Counted from the first letter of the stretch, positions 34,600 through 44,857 are shown. The stretch is 64,000 bases of DNA from a virus (IMGVR_UViG_3300037851_000461:59219-123218); one strand, 5' to 3'. The notes: generated by a model not told the origin, from the letters alone. Made by a program: numbers and translations.

Positions 34600-34940
34600 C
34601 AGTTGGAGAATCCCATCAGAGAACGAAACTGACTGGTTGAGATTGAGGTGTCAACCTTTTGTTTACGAACCGGAGCGGGAATGGGATCACGCTCCAGCAC
34701 ATCAACACAACAGCCACACGACCATGCCTTGTGATGAAACGAACCAAGGGTTCGCCCTTCACGCTTTGCGCGGGCATGAGCAACGTCGAGGTTTCGATTT
34801 GCCTCGATCAAATGCTGCCGACTCAGGAAGTAACGGTCGTTCTTCCGAGATGCCTTGGCTGGGAATGATGTTCTCATGCACCCCAACTCTATAAGAAGTC
34901 GGGTGTTTGTCAAGCCCTCAGAAAAGATTTTTGTAAGTTA

Positions 34941-35480
34941 TTACAAACCAGAAACTTGCAAACCTTTATTCTTCAGGTGATTTGCAACTTCCGTCGCCAC
35001 GCTTCTATCTTCAACATACCAAAACTCGCCCTTTTCATTGAAGTAAAAACGCTTCGAAGGGTCGATATTGTTTGGAATGGTACGCTTTGAATTGCTTGCC
35101 TCGAATACATCATCAAACTTTTTGGCATCGCCTGTGAATGCAAACACCAACGGTGCTCCTGATGCTGCCCATGCAGGGGTTTGTTTGATTTCAATCGTCG
35201 ATACTGGAATACCCGTGGGGGTAAGTTCCTCGAAGAGTTTGTGGAGGTAATTACGATTGGTTGTGAGAACGCGACGAATTTCTGCAAGTTCCTTCAAATC
35301 GACGCGACCGGTTTCTTCAAGAAAGTCATTGACCAGCATCTCAGCGGTCGCACGATCCATGTGCCATTTTCTCATCAACTTGTCTATGGTTGTGGAGAAC
35401 TGATCGCCTGATGATGTGGATTGTTGAATGTCAGCAAAGACATCCTTCATAAAAGCCTCTGTCAAAATTTGTTTGTTCAT
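34941..35480 (-). CDS. hypothetical protein (ATG at 35480)
   Basis: ORF; ends at stop shared with the next gene. Confidence 0.4.
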   Translation of the reverse strand: MNKQILTEAFMKDVFADIQQSTSSGDQFSTTIDKLMRKWHMDRATAEMLVNDFLEETGRVDLKELAEIRRVLTTNRNYLHKLFEELTPTGIPVSTIEIKQTPAWAASGAPLVFAFTGDAKKFDDVFEASNSKRTIPNNIDPSKRFYFNEKGEFWYVEDRSVATEVANHLKNKGLQVSGL

Positions 35481-35482
35481 GG

Positions 35483-36235
35483 TTATGAGTACTGCCCGCC
35501 TTCTGATGTACTTCCAGCAGCGTTGCCGGGGAAGTATGTTGCGCTTGCGCCTGTTCCAGTTATCAACGAGTTTGCTGCCGAATTGTATCGTATTCCGGTC
35601 GCTGTTCCTGTGAATGTAAATCCCGTTGCTCGAATCATGGAATTCAAAGATGCTCCGATAAAGTAAGCAGAGAATGCCCTTGATCCGATCAACGCACAAT
35701 TCAAACTGCTCATTCGAACGACACCTTGAAATTGAACGAGCATATGTCGCGGAGCATTACCAACGATTCTGTAATCGTTTTGAAATGCGACTCTTCCACC
35801 GTATAGAACCCAAATATGAGTTGTGGTCGCTTGATTGAACTGAACATTGTTCAGCAGCAACGTTCCCTTGTTTAGAGCAGCAACGCAGTACGCCCCTGCC
35901 GGATTGTTCAATTCTAGGTCTTTGAGAACCCATCTACGGGAATTATCCGAATACACTGACTTGACCACGACCTCTCCGGGTGTTGCGCTTCCTGAAATCG
36001 TAACGTTATTCCACCCGATGTGGGATGGCAAACTGACAGTTTCATCATAACTTCCTGATGCCAGTTGAATAGTCACGATGTAGTTTGTTTGATCGACGTT
36101 GTATGAAACGTAGTTTACGGCTCGCTGCACCGTTGCAAACGCTCCCGCCGATGTATTTGACAATCCACTGTTGGTGTCGTTTCCATCAGGTCGAACGTAG
36201 AACACCGTATTTTGCTTTAGATAATTGCGTGCCAT
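35483..36235 (-). CDS. right-handed beta-helix (pectate-lyase-like) fibre/depolymerase protein, paralog 1
   Basis: YYVRPDGNDTNSGLSNTSAGAFATVQRAV N-terminal signature. Confidence 0.6.
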   Translation of the reverse strand: MARNYLKQNTVFYVRPDGNDTNSGLSNTSAGAFATVQRAVNYVSYNVDQTNYIVTIQLASGSYDETVSLPSHIGWNNVTISGSATPGEVVVKSVYSDNSRRWVLKDLELNNPAGAYCVAALNKGTLLLNNVQFNQATTTHIWVLYGGRVAFQNDYRIVGNAPRHMLVQFQGVVRMSSLNCALIGSRAFSAYFIGASLNSMIRATGFTFTGTATGIRYNSAANSLITGTGASATYFPGNAAGSTSEGGQYS

Positions 36236-36236
36236 G

Positions 36237-37022
36237 TTAAGTGTATAGACCTCCGGATACTGCCGAACCGGTCAAGTTTCCGGGGAACCATGTTGTTGAA
36301 ACTGAATTGATGTATATGGTTCCATTGGTTGCCGCTGACCATCGGGTTCCTGTCGCCGAACCTGAGTATGAGAATGTATCCGCTCTTATACAACCCCCTT
36401 GAGATGCTGCCACAAATCGACTTCCCCATGTTCTAGCACCGACCAATGAGCATGTGAGGTTGGTGAGATGTACGTATGAACCATACGAACAAAGTATGTG
36501 GTGTGAACCGGCACCTGTGTTTCCGGTTATGCGGTAATTTCCGGAGAAGATAACATTTGCTCCATAATACGCTACTACGTGGTGACCAAATGATGAACTG
36601 AATTGTACATTGGTGAGTGTCGCGCCGCCTTCGGCTTGTGTATAAATGCAACTCGCACCTGACGACGTTACAACCGCTCTAACCTCAAAGTCTTTCAATG
36701 TCCACTTATCCGACACAGTGCTTGTGATGGTAACTGGATTGGTGTTGTTTTCGATTACCGTGGCACCAAATGTGGGGCTTCCAGATATAATCATGTTGTT
36801 GGAACCCATGTGCCTTGGAAGTGTGACATCCTCCTTAAACTTTCCTGTTCCTAGATGAACCACAACCACGTATTCCGAAGGATCGATGACTCTTACCGTG
36901 TCGAGTGCCTTGGATATGGTCGCAAATGCACCGCTTGTGCTATTCGACAATCCGTCGTTAACATCAGAACCGTCAGTTCGAACGTAGTATGCTCTATCAC
37001 TTGTTAGTACTTCTCTTGACAT
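36237..37022 (-). CDS. right-handed beta-helix protein, paralog 2
   Basis: YYVRTDGSDVNDGLSNSTSGAFATISKAL. Confidence 0.6.
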   Translation of the reverse strand: MSREVLTSDRAYYVRTDGSDVNDGLSNSTSGAFATISKALDTVRVIDPSEYVVVVHLGTGKFKEDVTLPRHMGSNNMIISGSPTFGATVIENNTNPVTITSTVSDKWTLKDFEVRAVVTSSGASCIYTQAEGGATLTNVQFSSSFGHHVVAYYGANVIFSGNYRITGNTGAGSHHILCSYGSYVHLTNLTCSLVGARTWGSRFVAASQGGCIRADTFSYSGSATGTRWSAATNGTIYINSVSTTWFPGNLTGSAVSGGLYT

Positions 37023-37024
37023 GA

Positions 37025-37867
37025 TTAAATATAGAGTCCTCCGGTTGCTACCGATCCCGCAATTGTTCCGGGGAAGTATGTGGCAGATGCATTTCCTGCG
37101 GTTAATGTTGAAAGTTCACCAACTCTATATCTCGTCGTAGTAGGCGTTGTGCCTGACCAAGTAAATCCAGTTGCTCTGATGGTGGATTCCAATCCAGCAT
37201 AAACAAAGAATGACGAGAATGTTCTACTTCCAACGAATACAATATTCGTATTCGAAAAATCGACGAACGAACCATACGATGCTTGGATCGCAGTTATAGC
37301 ATTTCCAGATATTCTGATATCAGAATTGCCTGCGAAAATGGATGCGCCGTAGTATGCAATAATGTGAGCGGCATTGCTGACAGTCGATCCAAATTGAACT
37401 CCATCTCCGATGGATAGAAATCCAGAGAATTGAGCATACACGTTGGAATATCCTGCCGATACATTTTTCACCTCCACATGACGAATTGTCCACCATCCTT
37501 CGCAGAATATTGTGTGATTCGTCGAACCTTGAATTACTACTGCACCTATTGTGGTCTCGTTTCCTTGGAGAATAATCGAACGGCTTCCTATGTGCCAAGG
37601 TAGGTAAACAAATCCTTCGTCATATGTGCCATCACCAATTTGAATAGTGATGGAATAGTTCATTGGATCAAGATTTACAGCACGATCAACGGCGTATTGG
37701 ATCGTAGCAAATGCACCGGCACTGGTGTTTGAAAGACCGTTGTTCGCATCATTACCATCTGTTCGAACGTAGTAGATACGGTTTGCCGTTAGAGATTCGC
37801 GCTCGGATGGTATATAGCCAACACGAGCGCGATTAACTCGATGGAATGTGCGAAGAATGACTGCCAT
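37025..37867 (-). CDS. right-handed beta-helix protein, paralog 3
   Basis: YYVRTDGNDANNGLSNTSAGAFATIQYAV. Confidence 0.6.
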   Translation of the reverse strand: MAVILRTFHRVNRARVGYIPSERESLTANRIYYVRTDGNDANNGLSNTSAGAFATIQYAVDRAVNLDPMNYSITIQIGDGTYDEGFVYLPWHIGSRSIILQGNETTIGAVVIQGSTNHTIFCEGWWTIRHVEVKNVSAGYSNVYAQFSGFLSIGDGVQFGSTVSNAAHIIAYYGASIFAGNSDIRISGNAITAIQASYGSFVDFSNTNIVFVGSRTFSSFFVYAGLESTIRATGFTWSGTTPTTTRYRVGELSTLTAGNASATYFPGTIAGSVATGGLYI

Positions 37868-38151
37868 TATGATGCAGAAACGTGGCGTCCGATTCTTTGA
37901 TTGAATACTGGATCGTTTGTGAGACCTACAGTGTCACCCTTGTCAGAAATGTATCGTGCTGCACCAGCAAGGGCTGCTTCGATTTCCTGAAGAGTTGTCA
38001 AGTAATTCGAACCTGCTGCATCGGCAACGGGTGTGAATCCGGTTGGGTCTACGACAGGTGAAGATGCCAAGGCATTAACCAAGTCGTGAAGTTGGAGAGA
38101 GCCGCTGGCTGAAGCGGTGAGAACTGCGTCGATTTGTCCGATTGTAATCAT
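37867..38151 (-). CDS. small protein upstream of the beta-helix paralogs (possible fibre adaptor)
   Basis: Stop overlaps the paralog-3 start. Confidence 0.35.
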   Translation of the reverse strand: MITIGQIDAVLTASASGSLQLHDLVNALASSPVVDPTGFTPVADAAGSNYLTTLQEIEAALAGAARYISDKGDTVGLTNDPVFNQRIGRHVSAS

Positions 38152-38257
38152 TTTTCGTGGTTTCCTTTGAAGTTAAAGCGGAACCGCCGAAAAACGACGA
38201 ATCCGCCATAAAATAAGTATGGCGGATTCGGATAAAAAAACCTTGCGATTTGAACTT

Positions 38258-38884
38258 TTAGTGGTGATCCACTTTTCTCGGAACCTTCTTTTTCATAAGG
38301 GCTTCGATTTCCGACCATTCGATCGGACCGTTCTTACGATCCCACGAGGCGTCGAGCCTCATGAGACCCGGATCGTCTTCCAAATTCATATGGCAGTGAC
38401 CGTGAATCATCCACCCACCCTTCGACAAGTGATTCCACGAGGCGATTGGATAATGGCAGACAACAACGTGTCTTCCGTTGATTTGGAACTCCGCATAGTC
38501 TCCGAGGAAGACGAATCTTCCATTCGAGTGAGTAAGCGGATAGGTTTCCGTGTCGGGGTTCTGGTTAATCTCTTCATATATCTGATGCATACCAGCGTTG
38601 TGGTTGCCCCAAACATAATAATGAGCCTTGCACGGAAGGTTGCAGATCATCTGCGCGAACTCCCGGCTGTTTAGTTCTGCACCAACAACGGCATCGCCGA
38701 TGTTGATAACAGTGTCGTTTTCCGTGATCGTGGCAAGCCACTTGTCGCGGAAATCGCGTTTTGCCGTCTCAACGTCTGGATATCCTCTTGGATTCAGAAT
38801 GAACGGCTTGTTGTGCCCGTAATGGATATCGGACACGATGAACACCCTTCCTTCGTGGGTGTTTAGTCTTATTTGCTTTTTCAT
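38258..38884 (-). CDS. calcineurin-like metallophosphoesterase
   Basis: VSDIHYG, GDAV, GNHN, GHCH motifs. Confidence 0.75.
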   Translation of the reverse strand: MKKQIRLNTHEGRVFIVSDIHYGHNKPFILNPRGYPDVETAKRDFRDKWLATITENDTVINIGDAVVGAELNSREFAQMICNLPCKAHYYVWGNHNAGMHQIYEEINQNPDTETYPLTHSNGRFVFLGDYAEFQINGRHVVVCHYPIASWNHLSKGGWMIHGHCHMNLEDDPGLMRLDASWDRKNGPIEWSEIEALMKKKVPRKVDHH

Positions 38885-38924
38885 ATTTCCCCACCATATT
38901 GAAGAAAGTATCGTCGTTTGTCAA

Positions 38925-38962
38925 CAAAAAACCCGCCCCTTTTGAGGGCGGGTTTATTTTAA
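38925..38962. terminator. bidirectional Rho-independent terminator
   Basis: CCCGCCC...GGGCGGG hairpin flanked by an A-run and a T-run. Confidence 0.6.
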
Positions 38963-38974
38963 TTGGTTGGTCGA

Positions 38975-39916
38975 TTACTTCTCAACCGAAACGGCGCTAT
39001 AGGAAGAATCTTCCGGTGGCGTCGGCTTTGACTCGACGGCTGGCATACGAGACAAGTCGATGAACGGCATGGCTGCGCCACCACCAATGAAGGTCGGAAG
39101 AACACCATTCCAACGGGCAACGGCATTCAACTGAATGACTTCAGGATTGGCACGAAGGGCAGCACCACGGATTGTGATAGCCTTCGCCTCGGCTTCAGCA
39201 ATTGAGAGTTTGGCACGGGCTTCACCATCGGCGCGAGCAACTTCCTTATCGGCTTCTGCCTTTGCCTGTGCAACTTCGTTCTCACGCTGTTGAGCCTTCT
39301 GCGTAGCCTCGATCTTGAGGTTCAAAGCGGTAACGACTGACGGAGGAAGGCGGAACGTTCCGATAAGATAAATCTTCTCGATCTTGATCATATCGCCGAC
39401 CGATGCCTGAACATCCTCTTGAACGGATAGAATCAACTTTTGCTTTCCCTCTCCATAAACCGATTCCACAGGAAGAGTCGATGCGCGATTGTTGATTGCA
39501 TCACGAACCATGTTTCGAAGATACGTGTCGGTGATTTCCTCAATGCCACGGCGATACTTCTGGAAGAGAGCGGGTACCTTGTCTTCATTGACGGTGTAAG
39601 TGATGCCGAAGTCGGCACTTACTTCAAGACCTTCCTTCGTCTGGAAGGAAATCGATTCGTCGTTCGGGGAACCCTCAGTCGCATCCTTCGTCCACACATA
39701 ATTCTGCGAGAATGTCGGGAAGATGTACAACTCTTCATTGAATCCCACGTAGTAACGACCGGGTCCGAGAATCTCTGTGTTGGAGACGCCCTTATCCGAT
39801 CCGAGAAGGTAAACCTTCACACCCACATTTCCTGCGGGAACTTTGGTGCATCCGACAAACATGCCGGAAATACCGAGAAGGATAGCCAAGAAGGCGAAGT
39901 GTAGATACTTTTTCAT
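38975..39916 (-). CDS. SPFH/band-7 (stomatin-prohibitin) domain lipoprotein
   Basis: Lipobox MKKYLHFAFLAILLGISGMFVGC; SPFH-like core; Ala/Glu-rich coiled coil. Confidence 0.7.
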   Translation of the reverse strand: MKKYLHFAFLAILLGISGMFVGCTKVPAGNVGVKVYLLGSDKGVSNTEILGPGRYYVGFNEELYIFPTFSQNYVWTKDATEGSPNDESISFQTKEGLEVSADFGITYTVNEDKVPALFQKYRRGIEEITDTYLRNMVRDAINNRASTLPVESVYGEGKQKLILSVQEDVQASVGDMIKIEKIYLIGTFRLPPSVVTALNLKIEATQKAQQRENEVAQAKAEADKEVARADGEARAKLSIAEAEAKAITIRGAALRANPEVIQLNAVARWNGVLPTFIGGGAAMPFIDLSRMPAVESKPTPPEDSSYSAVSVEK

Positions 39917-39954
39917 TTTTGCTTTTGTGTATGTTGTTTTACTGACAGTGGTGA

Positions 39955-40206
39955 TTAACTTTCGCCGCCCGTGCTCTTGTTCTTACGAGCACGAATCTTG
40001 GATTCGGCGTAGTAGAGAACGGCAGCGATATACGCGAGACCGACCAAGCCCCCACCAATCACCGAGAGGGTTGACTTGGCGGAAACGAGTTGAGGAATGA
40101 CCAAGCCCCAAATCGCAAGGGATGCGACGAGGATGCCGAGGTATTTGAGTATCTTTGTAGTAATCATGTGTGTAGTTTTGACGGTTTCTTTAGTGTCTGT
40201 CAACAA
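39955..40206 (-). CDS. small two-transmembrane protein (NfeD-like partner of SPFH?)
   Basis: Two hydrophobic helices; immediately upstream of the SPFH gene. Confidence 0.4.
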   Translation of the reverse strand: MLTDTKETVKTTHMITTKILKYLGILVASLAIWGLVIPQLVSAKSTLSVIGGGLVGLAYIAAVLYYAESKIRARKNKSTGGES

Positions 40207-40217
40207 GAATGAATTTT

Positions 40218-41060
40218 TTAGAGCGTAAGTGCATCTTTACCAAACTTCTGGATGATATCTTCCATCGTAAGGTCGCACAGTTCATCCTTCCAATCGCCAA
40301 TAAAATAGAGGCGACGGGAACGACGGCTGACGCCGAACAGGATCGGGTCTTTCGCACGAGCCTTTTCGGCTTCGGTCATTTCAGTTGAACGACCATTCGG
40401 ATCGTAATGAAGCACAACATAATTGTCGAAAACTTCAAGAAGGTCGGCTTCCTCCTTCTTCTCAAGCACATCACGAGGAATAAGCCGGGTGAAATTCTCA
40501 ATCCAATCCAGCCGAATACCACGCTTGGATTCCTGAACGAATTGAACCAATTTCTCTTCAGTGATGAATGTTCTGAAAGTGGAATGAACCAGTGCCATTT
40601 CCACTTCCATAACATCGCGGTTCTTCTTCAGTTGTTCCGCCAATGCTGTCTGACCATGCTTCTTCGCACGATTGATATACTCGTCAACATCGTTCATCTT
40701 GTTGGTGAATGATACTTGCTGTGCAGCATTCGCAACCTTTCGAAACGTTTCTTCAATCGACGTACGACGGAATTCCTTCCATAGACGGGAAACCTTCTCG
40801 GCGAACGTCTCACGGCTATTCGGGAGAATGTTTTCACCCGAGTTTCTCATTACGAGATTGTTTGTCCACACCGAAGTCGAGTTGGTCGATGTGGTCACGA
40901 ACATGGAATCGGAAATCGTTACGACTCCACCAATCCCCGTCACACCGGGAGTCACAGTCTTCGGTTTGTTCTTCGGAAGGTTGTGGTCAACCTTGAAGTT
41001 TTCGAATATCGCAAGGCGCGTGGTAAACCCGCCGTTAGAGTTAGGAACCTTGGTAAGCAT
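40218..41060 (-). CDS. hypothetical protein, 280 aa
   Basis: ORF in operon. Confidence 0.45.
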   Translation of the reverse strand: MLTKVPNSNGGFTTRLAIFENFKVDHNLPKNKPKTVTPGVTGIGGVVTISDSMFVTTSTNSTSVWTNNLVMRNSGENILPNSRETFAEKVSRLWKEFRRTSIEETFRKVANAAQQVSFTNKMNDVDEYINRAKKHGQTALAEQLKKNRDVMEVEMALVHSTFRTFITEEKLVQFVQESKRGIRLDWIENFTRLIPRDVLEKKEEADLLEVFDNYVVLHYDPNGRSTEMTEAEKARAKDPILFGVSRRSRRLYFIGDWKDELCDLTMEDIIQKFGKDALTL

Positions 41061-41063
41061 GTG

Positions 41064-42125
41064 TTATTCTCCTGTCTTGAGCAGATATTGATTGCTGATG
41101 ACCTTGAAACTGAGACGGTCTCCGTGAAGAATCTTGGATTTTGGTTCTCCCCATGCACGCCAGACGACTCCCTCAGCCGGATGACCGTTGGCGTACTTCT
41201 GAGCATCCGAAAATGCCAGCAATTCTTCAATGGTGTTGAATTCGAATTTTCCGTCAAACACAACAGGCACACTTTCGATTCCGTAAATATTGGAAAACGA
41301 CTGCACGGTGCCGAACGAGAAGTGTCTCCGTTCGGTAATCGACCAAACGTTGAAAAGGAAGAGTTGATTCTTTAGAAGACCGAGACGGTTTGCTTGAATT
41401 CCGGGCCCGCAGAGTTCTCCCTGCACGGCAAAATTTCGAAAGCCGTGATCGCTCTGCCATGTTGCCCAATCTCTCATGCACGCTTCGAGATTGAGCGCAC
41501 GTGCCATGTCCCAGTATTTATTGCCATCGGTATCCTTGAGTTCAAGGTTTCGAGAGCAAATGCCAAACACACCTTCGTTTAGGTATGCTGTGAAACTACT
41601 TCCATCTAGTTTAAGTGTTCCATATGCTCCACCATTCAAACGAGATTGCTCCTTCATTTCCTCAAGAAGACCGGGCTCGGACTGAAGACGAGTCTCGTCG
41701 GTTTTCTTAATGAATGCAGGGAAATTTCCCTTGGCTTCCTGAGAAGCAGGAGCGGGTGGTTCATATTTGGCAACGCCAATCTGCGTGGTGAGGTCATCAC
41801 CGGCAATGATCAAACTTTGCATCAGTTCTGGATAATGCGGAAACACCATTTCAATAGGCAGTGCCACACCCTGAGAAATTTGACCCCTGAGACGAATGGT
41901 ACGAACACGTAGCGGTTTGTCGCTTCCCTTTCTCAGATGGTCATTCCATGGTGCCACTGGAAGGATTGAATCGATTTCAAAAAATACACAACGATCACCG
42001 ACCTTGAATTCATCTGCTTTGACAACAACCTGCCAACCCAATACACGAGCCAGCTTGATCTTGTCCGCACCTTCAATTGGTTGAAGGTCTGTCACGATTT
42101 GCATTGATGCTAGTTTGCGTTCCAT
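41064..42125 (-). CDS. ATP-dependent RNA ligase (N-terminal OB-like domain plus nucleotidyltransferase)
   Basis: Motif I TLKLDGSSF; 353 aa. Confidence 0.6.
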   Translation of the reverse strand: MERKLASMQIVTDLQPIEGADKIKLARVLGWQVVVKADEFKVGDRCVFFEIDSILPVAPWNDHLRKGSDKPLRVRTIRLRGQISQGVALPIEMVFPHYPELMQSLIIAGDDLTTQIGVAKYEPPAPASQEAKGNFPAFIKKTDETRLQSEPGLLEEMKEQSRLNGGAYGTLKLDGSSFTAYLNEGVFGICSRNLELKDTDGNKYWDMARALNLEACMRDWATWQSDHGFRNFAVQGELCGPGIQANRLGLLKNQLFLFNVWSITERRHFSFGTVQSFSNIYGIESVPVVFDGKFEFNTIEELLAFSDAQKYANGHPAEGVVWRAWGEPKSKILHGDRLSFKVISNQYLLKTGE

Positions 42126-42178
42126 AATCCTGTCATTACAGGATGCCTGTTGAGGAAAGTCAATGCTTATTTTTCACT

Positions 42179-42268
42179 CTGTACAATGTACATTACTATT
42201 TCTATAGTACTCAGTACTTTAAGTAATGTACTGTAATTAGTACTTGAAAATGATAATGTTTGTACTGT
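42179..42268. promoter_or_regulatory. divergent intergenic region with seven GTAC-core repeats (AATGTAC, AGTACT, TGTACTG)
   Basis: AT-rich 200-nt spacer between divergent operons; repeated motifs read directly. Confidence 0.4.
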
Positions 42269-42323
42269 GGGGAATTATAGAAACAAGTCAAGTTGAAACA
42301 ACTCTCAGTCGCTATTTATATTC

Positions 42324-42680
42324 ATGTTCACCTATTCAGTTAAAGTAATTCGAGTCGTTGACGGCGACACAATTGAAGTAATGGCAGACCTTGGATTCAG
42401 TGTTTGGATCAAGATCACCGTGCGTTTGTATGGAATCAATACTCCAGAAAGCCGTACCGCGAACCTTGAAGAAAAGAAGCGTGGTATTGCCGCTAAAGAA
42501 AGGCTTCACGAACTGATTGATGGGAAAACCATCATTCTTGTCAGCAAAGAGGTTGATAAGTACGGCAGAGCCTTGGGAGAACTGTTCCTGACCCCACAGG
42601 ATTCAATTTCTATCAATAAGCAACTCATCGAAGAGGGTCACGCTAAAGAATATTTTGGCGTGGGCCCAAAGCCCATCTAA
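42324..42680 (+). CDS. staphylococcal-nuclease-like (thermonuclease) protein
   Basis: VIRVVDGDTIEV...VRLYGINTPES. Confidence 0.7.
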   Translation: MFTYSVKVIRVVDGDTIEVMADLGFSVWIKITVRLYGINTPESRTANLEEKKRGIAAKERLHELIDGKTIILVSKEVDKYGRALGELFLTPQDSISINKQLIEEGHAKEYFGVGPKPI

Positions 42681-42686
42681 CATGTC

Positions 42687-43826
42687 ATGCCTACGAACAG
42701 ACTTTCCAAGTTCATCATTAAAAATACTCTGCGCCTCGGTCGGCAGATACTCAACACCGTTTGGAACTTCCAATCGGATTTTTCAACTACCAGCAATCCG
42801 AATGGATTATGGTCGTATGGTCAGAGTTTCACCACAGGAAGTACGCTAGTCTACTTCGACAAAGTGACTGGAAGTTTATGGCTTCCGAGAGACAGAAATG
42901 TGTCGGGATTTTACCCATGTGTAGGTACCGATGGAAGTTGGTTCGGAATAGTTCCCGCCGACTTTTCTGGTCAAATCGTAGCATCTCCTCAGACCTTAAT
43001 TCGATATACGGTACCGTCAACCGGTCCATATGTCGTGAGTGCATCAATGTATCGCAAATTTAATCAGGGCGATAACAAGTTTTCGGCGTGGTATCGCGTT
43101 GGAAACACTGTGAAATCGTCGCACCAAAATATTGCATTCGGTACGACGGCATCATTCACAACTTCCAGTATTCTCACCAAGGGAACAACAATCGATGCCA
43201 TTGTCAACTCAGCGGGCGCTATGTCGTACGATAGCATCGCTGCCAATTTCACGGTTGTAGGAACGGATTTGCCAGCGACTACCCCACCTGTGGTGTATTC
43301 ATCAAGTGTATGGAACTATGCCACTCAATATTCAACCGTGGCAAATCCATTCGGAGGTGGTGCGTGGGAGGTTGGTCAATCAACCAATTGGGGCGTCACA
43401 TTCAATCGATATACCGTTTACTTTGGAAGCGCATGGTGCTCGTCGTCATTTTACTTCGACGGCGGCACATATAGATTGCCACAAGCAGCCCAAACATATG
43501 TGCACCCCGGAGTAGTAACATCAACCGACGTTCAAACTTGCGTCAGATTCCACGTTAAAACCACCGGTGAATATCGAATCACTGCATCATGTCAAAGAAA
43601 CGGCTCGGCGGGTACAAACCCATATGTAGAGCCAAGAATCACGATTAACAATGTGCCGGTCACCTCTTCCGCTGCCATCTATTTTGGAACAACATTCTCC
43701 TACAGAAACAAACTCTGGCTCCAGTCAGGTTCATTTGTTACGCTATTGGTAGGAAGTGGAAATCTCGACCAAAGCAATGACACCACGGGTCATTCGTTCA
43801 TAGTATCCGCAAGTTTCTACCAGTAA
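42687..43826 (+). CDS. tail-fibre / receptor-binding-like protein (S/T/G-rich), 379 aa
   Basis: Composition and position; terminator immediately downstream. Confidence 0.45.
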   Translation: MPTNRLSKFIIKNTLRLGRQILNTVWNFQSDFSTTSNPNGLWSYGQSFTTGSTLVYFDKVTGSLWLPRDRNVSGFYPCVGTDGSWFGIVPADFSGQIVASPQTLIRYTVPSTGPYVVSASMYRKFNQGDNKFSAWYRVGNTVKSSHQNIAFGTTASFTTSSILTKGTTIDAIVNSAGAMSYDSIAANFTVVGTDLPATTPPVVYSSSVWNYATQYSTVANPFGGGAWEVGQSTNWGVTFNRYTVYFGSAWCSSSFYFDGGTYRLPQAAQTYVHPGVVTSTDVQTCVRFHVKTTGEYRITASCQRNGSAGTNPYVEPRITINNVPVTSSAAIYFGTTFSYRNKLWLQSGSFVTLLVGSGNLDQSNDTTGHSFIVSASFYQ

Positions 43827-43827
43827 A

Positions 43828-43864
43828 CAAAAAACCCCGGAATTTCTTCCGGGGTTTGTTTCAA
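43828..43864. terminator. bidirectional Rho-independent terminator between convergent genes
   Basis: AAAAAACCCCGG-AATTTCTT-CCGGGGTTTGTTT. Confidence 0.65.
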
Positions 43865-44857
43865 TTATCCCTGCCAGCCGGTAGGTGGCTTACAGAATCC
43901 CCCACCAAACGCCTTGGGCATTCCCTCGGCGATCTTCGGCTTGTTGTCAAATTCGATGCCGATTTCTTCAAGGCTTTTTCTACTTGCGTAGTAAATGCCA
44001 AACTCAGCAACGACATTGCCAACCTCAAAGTTGACGAATGAAACGGTGTCGTTCACCTTTTCACCCCAACCCGTGCCAGTGTCGAAGTTTGGAGCAGCAC
44101 CGATACGATCCGATGCCTTTCCTTTTGCCGACACATCGAGACCCTTCGACATGCTGCGCATGGAAGTTCCACCGCCGCGTGGGCTCTCAACAGAAGATTG
44201 AACAACGTCGCCGGTCGAAACCGTAAACGATCTGAGTACGTCGGCGTTTGCGGGTGCCGAATCATTCAGTGAGCAATTGTAAGAAGTGACTTGATCGCCG
44301 ATATTGCCGAGGGTTTGACCGACAGCACCGCTACCGAGACTGCGAATGAGACCATCATCAGTCCACTTCGCCGAACCCCAAGTGATTACCGGGTCCCATG
44401 GATTTTTGTATGGATATTGCGGCCAGTGATGATGTTCGTGAACCACGATTGGCGACGGTTGAGGAATCACCTTTTCTTCAAAGACGCGAATACCGATAAC
44501 ACCACAATTCTGTGTCGTGCCGGTGACTGCCTTGGCATACGTTCCACCATCCTTCTTGCGGAAGAACTTGAACGCTGCCACGTTGTCTTTGTCAACACGA
44601 TATCCCTTGATTGTTTCAGAGGAGTATCCGTTGATAATATAACCACGCTTGCATTCCTCGGCAGGCTTGCCTTCAAGAACGTCGATTCCGTCAACTGACA
44701 GAACGACCATGATTCTCTTCCAGCCGTTATTCTTGACTCGAAGGGTGTACTGCGTACCGCCCTTTGCTTCTACATAAACGCGACCATCGCTATGCGAGTA
44801 CTCGCGGACAGGCTTGCCGTTAACGGCAACGTCTAATTCAAACATACCTTGTTTCAT
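43865..44857 (-). CDS. hypothetical protein (ATG at 44857), 330 aa
   Basis: Long ORF. Confidence 0.45.
   Translation of the reverse strand: MKQGMFELDVAVNGKPVREYSHSDGRVYVEAKGGTQYTLRVKNNGWKRIMVVLSVDGIDVLEGKPAEECKRGYIINGYSSETIKGYRVDKDNVAAFKFFRKKDGGTYAKAVTGTTQNCGVIGIRVFEEKVIPQPSPIVVHEHHHWPQYPYKNPWDPVITWGSAKWTDDGLIRSLGSGAVGQTLGNIGDQVTSYNCSLNDSAPANADVLRSFTVSTGDVVQSSVESPRGGGTSMRSMSKGLDVSAKGKASDRIGAAPNFDTGTGWGEKVNDTVSFVNFEVGNVVAEFGIYYASRKSLEEIGIEFDNKPKIAEGMPKAFGGGFCKPPTGWQG

Noticed and set aside
42126-42323. Possible replication origin in the AT-rich GTAC-repeat spacer.
   Set aside because: No DnaA-box-like or iteron-plus-AT-run architecture could be shown. It is kept as a regulatory repeat region only.
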